A stretch of 64,000 nt of DNA from Alphaproteobacteria bacterium (lineage in GTDB: Bacteria; Pseudomonadota; Alphaproteobacteria; MPNO01). The stretch's first letter is position 1. Every line of letters begins with the position of its first letter. A program made the translations under genes and the position numbers. Location of the stretch: the NCBI GenBank assembly GCA_964291675.2, contig OZ219865.1, forward strand, positions 256,001-320,000, read 5' to 3'. Shown one piece after another: positions 61,852 to 64,000 of the stretch. The notes under the pieces are model-generated. The model worked only from the letters and a program-made list of their open reading frames with translations. It was not told the origin of the DNA and did not search any database.

Positions 61852-61937
61852 GACTTGTTCCGGGCATCCACTGGCGCCACCATCGCGCCCGGCGGGCCGA
61901 TGTGCCGGCGGCGGGGACGGGACGAGCGGAGGGAGGC

Positions 61938-62891
61938 ATGAAACGCTGCGCGATCATCGACGACTACCAGGGCTGCGCGCTCGACATGGCGGACTGGGGG
62001 GCGCTCGCGCCGGACGTGGAGGTCGAGGCGTTCGGCGACCACATGGCCTGCGAGGAGGCGCTGGCCGGCCGTCTCGCCGGCTTCGAGATCGTCTGCGCGA
62101 TGCGCGAGCGCACCCCGTTCCCGCGCTCGCTGTTCGAGAAGCTGCCGAAGCTCGAGCTGCTGCTGACCAGCGGGATGCGCAACCTCTCGATCGACGGGGC
62201 GGCGGCCGCCGACCACGGCGTCACGGTGTGCGGCACGCCGTCGGTCGGCACGCCCACGGCCGAGCTCGCCTGGGGCCTCATCCTCGCGCTCGCGCGCAAC
62301 ATCCCGGCCGAGGACCGGGCGACCCGGGCGGGCGGCTGGCAGCATACGCTCGGCGTCGGGCTGGAGGGCAGGACGCTCGGCGTCATCGGGCTCGGGCGGC
62401 TCGGCGCCCGGGTGGCGCGGATCGGCAAGGCGTTCGGCATGGAGGTGATCGCCTGGAGCGAGAACCTGACCGCGGAGCGCTGCCGCGAAATCGGCGTCGC
62501 GCTGGCCGACAAGCAGACCCTGCTCGGGACCGCCGACGTGGTGACCGTCCACCTGTTGCTGAGCGCGCGCACGCGCGGGCTGCTCGGCGCCGCCGACCTG
62601 GCGCTGATGAAGCCCGGCGCCTTCCTGGTCAACACCTCGCGCGGGCCGATCGTCGACGAGGCGGCGCTGATCGACGCGCTCGAACGGCGCGCCATCGCGG
62701 GCGCCGGGCTCGACGTGTTCGACATCGAGCCGCTGCCCGCCGACCATCCGTTGCGCCGGCTCGACAACACCGTGATCACGCCGCATCTGGGCTACGTCTC
62801 GCTGGACAACTACCGCTGCTACTTCCCCGCCATGGTCGAGGACATCAGGGCCTGGCTCGCCGGCGCACCGGTCCGGGTGCTGGAGTTCTGA
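61938..62891 (+). CDS. D-2-hydroxyacid dehydrogenase family protein
   Basis: IDDYQ, MRERT, G.IGLGRLG, VNTSRG, DVFD.EP, TPHLGY. Confidence 0.92.
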   Translation: MKRCAIIDDYQGCALDMADWGALAPDVEVEAFGDHMACEEALAGRLAGFEIVCAMRERTPFPRSLFEKLPKLELLLTSGMRNLSIDGAAAADHGVTVCGTPSVGTPTAELAWGLILALARNIPAEDRATRAGGWQHTLGVGLEGRTLGVIGLGRLGARVARIGKAFGMEVIAWSENLTAERCREIGVALADKQTLLGTADVVTVHLLLSARTRGLLGAADLALMKPGAFLVNTSRGPIVDEAALIDALERRAIAGAGLDVFDIEPLPADHPLRRLDNTVITPHLGYVSLDNYRCYFPAMVEDIRAWLAGAPVRVLEF

Positions 62892-63156
62892 GGCGAGGCG
62901 GGGACCTCGATACGCCCGGCTACACGATCGCCCGCCCGTCGACGGCCCTTTGCGCCAACTCGCCCGCGACCGACCGGACGGCGCGTCGGCAAAGCGCGGG
63001 GCTCCCACCCGGGCATCCGCGCAGCATGGGCCGCTCGGTAACGGATCGGCTTTCCAGCGGGGGCAGGTCGTCAGGGTCGGACGTTCGGAGCCGAACGGCG
63101 GCGAGATTCGTTCACGACAAACGGCAGGAAATCGACGGCGCCGCGTGGGTTTCCGT

Positions 63157-63579
63157 TCAGCCCTCGCCGCCGCCGAAGCCACCGCCCATGTCGCCGCCTC
63201 CGAATCCGCCGCCCATCCCGTCATGGCTGCCGTCCATGCCCACGCCATGGTCCATCGGCACGGGATCGCTGGCCGCGGCCCCCAGGAAGAAGCCGCTCAT
63301 CAGGGTCATGTCGGAGGCATGCATCATGCGGCGCTCGCGCAAGACCCGTTCGGCGCGTTCGACCTCTTTCGGATCGTCGGACAGCTTCGCCGCCTCCGCC
63401 TCGGCCAGCTCGCGAAGCAGCCCCCGGTACTTTCGCCATAGCCGATGAATGCGCCAGACGGTCCAGACAATGACCGCCGCGATGGCCAGTCCGAGCACCG
63501 CCTGACCGGCGTCGAGCCGCGCGATCAAGAACCAGGCCAGAGCGATCAACACCGCTCCATCGATCAAACGACGCAGCAT
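63157..63579 (-). CDS. Hypothetical 2-TM protein with Gly/Asp/Met-rich tail
   Basis: Two N-terminal TMs; tail of GGGFGGG repeats. Confidence 0.6.
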   Translation of the reverse strand: MLRRLIDGAVLIALAWFLIARLDAGQAVLGLAIAAVIVWTVWRIHRLWRKYRGLLRELAEAEAAKLSDDPKEVERAERVLRERRMMHASDMTLMSGFFLGAAASDPVPMDHGVGMDGSHDGMGGGFGGGDMGGGFGGGEG

Positions 63580-63793
63580 GCATTCCTCCCGACTTCGGCC
63601 GCTCTTGTCGATACTTCCCGGACAGCTTCCGACTCGCAAACAATCGTATGCAAATCCTTCCACCGGCGGAAGGATTTTTCTCTTCCGGGACCGGCCCACC
63701 GACTGGCCCAAAATCCAGCCGCCGTCGACAAATGCCCGGAAGACGACGGCGCGGGCACTTCCGGGCGAACCGGAAAGTCTCTAGTCTCGCGCC

Positions 63794-64000
63794 ATGGCGA
63801 GCGAGCCCGTCGTGCTCTACGAGAACCTGCGCAGCTGCGGCTACACGCCGTTCTACCTGGCACAGCGGGCCGGTCTGTTCGAGGCCCAGGGTCTGGAGGT
63901 GGATTTCCGGCTGTCCCCCGCCCCGCCGGAGACCGCGCAGGGGCTGATCGACGGGCGCGCCGATGTCTCCTTCGGCGGGCCGATGCGGGTGATGATGCAC
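63794..64000 (+). CDS. NMT1/THI5-like ABC substrate-binding protein (partial)
   Basis: ENLR...YTPFY.A...G.F...GL.V...DVSFGGPMRVM. Confidence 0.75.
   Translation, partial: MASEPVVLYENLRSCGYTPFYLAQRAGLFEAQGLEVDFRLSPAPPETAQGLIDGRADVSFGGPMRVMMH

Noticed and set aside
60797-61870. CRISPR array or coding ORFs (e.g. 60798-61715)
   Set aside because: Explained by REP/MITE duplications; the translations are repeat-derived.

Overview
GC-rich alphaproteobacterial DNA in three parts. (1) 1 to ~20.7 kb is the end of a conjugative element. It carries an F-type tra operon (traA-L-E-K-B) led by an RdfS/AlpA-like excisionase, a split DUF6499/DUF2285 (FseA-like) activator, a large Calx-beta autotransporter adhesin, a Cre-family recombinase, IS256/IS66 debris, low-GC orphan genes and a CBASS locus (CdnE-like cyclase plus Cap15, with DUF2188 and CapH/CapP regulators). 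(2) ~20.9-36.1 kb is an aromatic/xenobiotic catabolism and transport cluster. (3) ~36.1-64 kb is mostly conserved core (xth-erpA-argS-SPOR-nagZ-scpAB-tatABC-serS-pcm-nlpD-yajC-secDF-trmFO-uvrA) interrupted by repeats. Top candidate for an undescribed system: the Cre-like gene lies between two inverted 34-bp lox-like sites (13-8-13). Inverting this ~1.35-kb segment would place a TTGACA promoter directly in front of the adhesin RBS, suggesting a Cre/lox-type phase-variation switch. Second candidate: a 415-bp MITE that carries its own REP target and has nested into itself. All product calls come from motif recognition by eye; no database searches were run.
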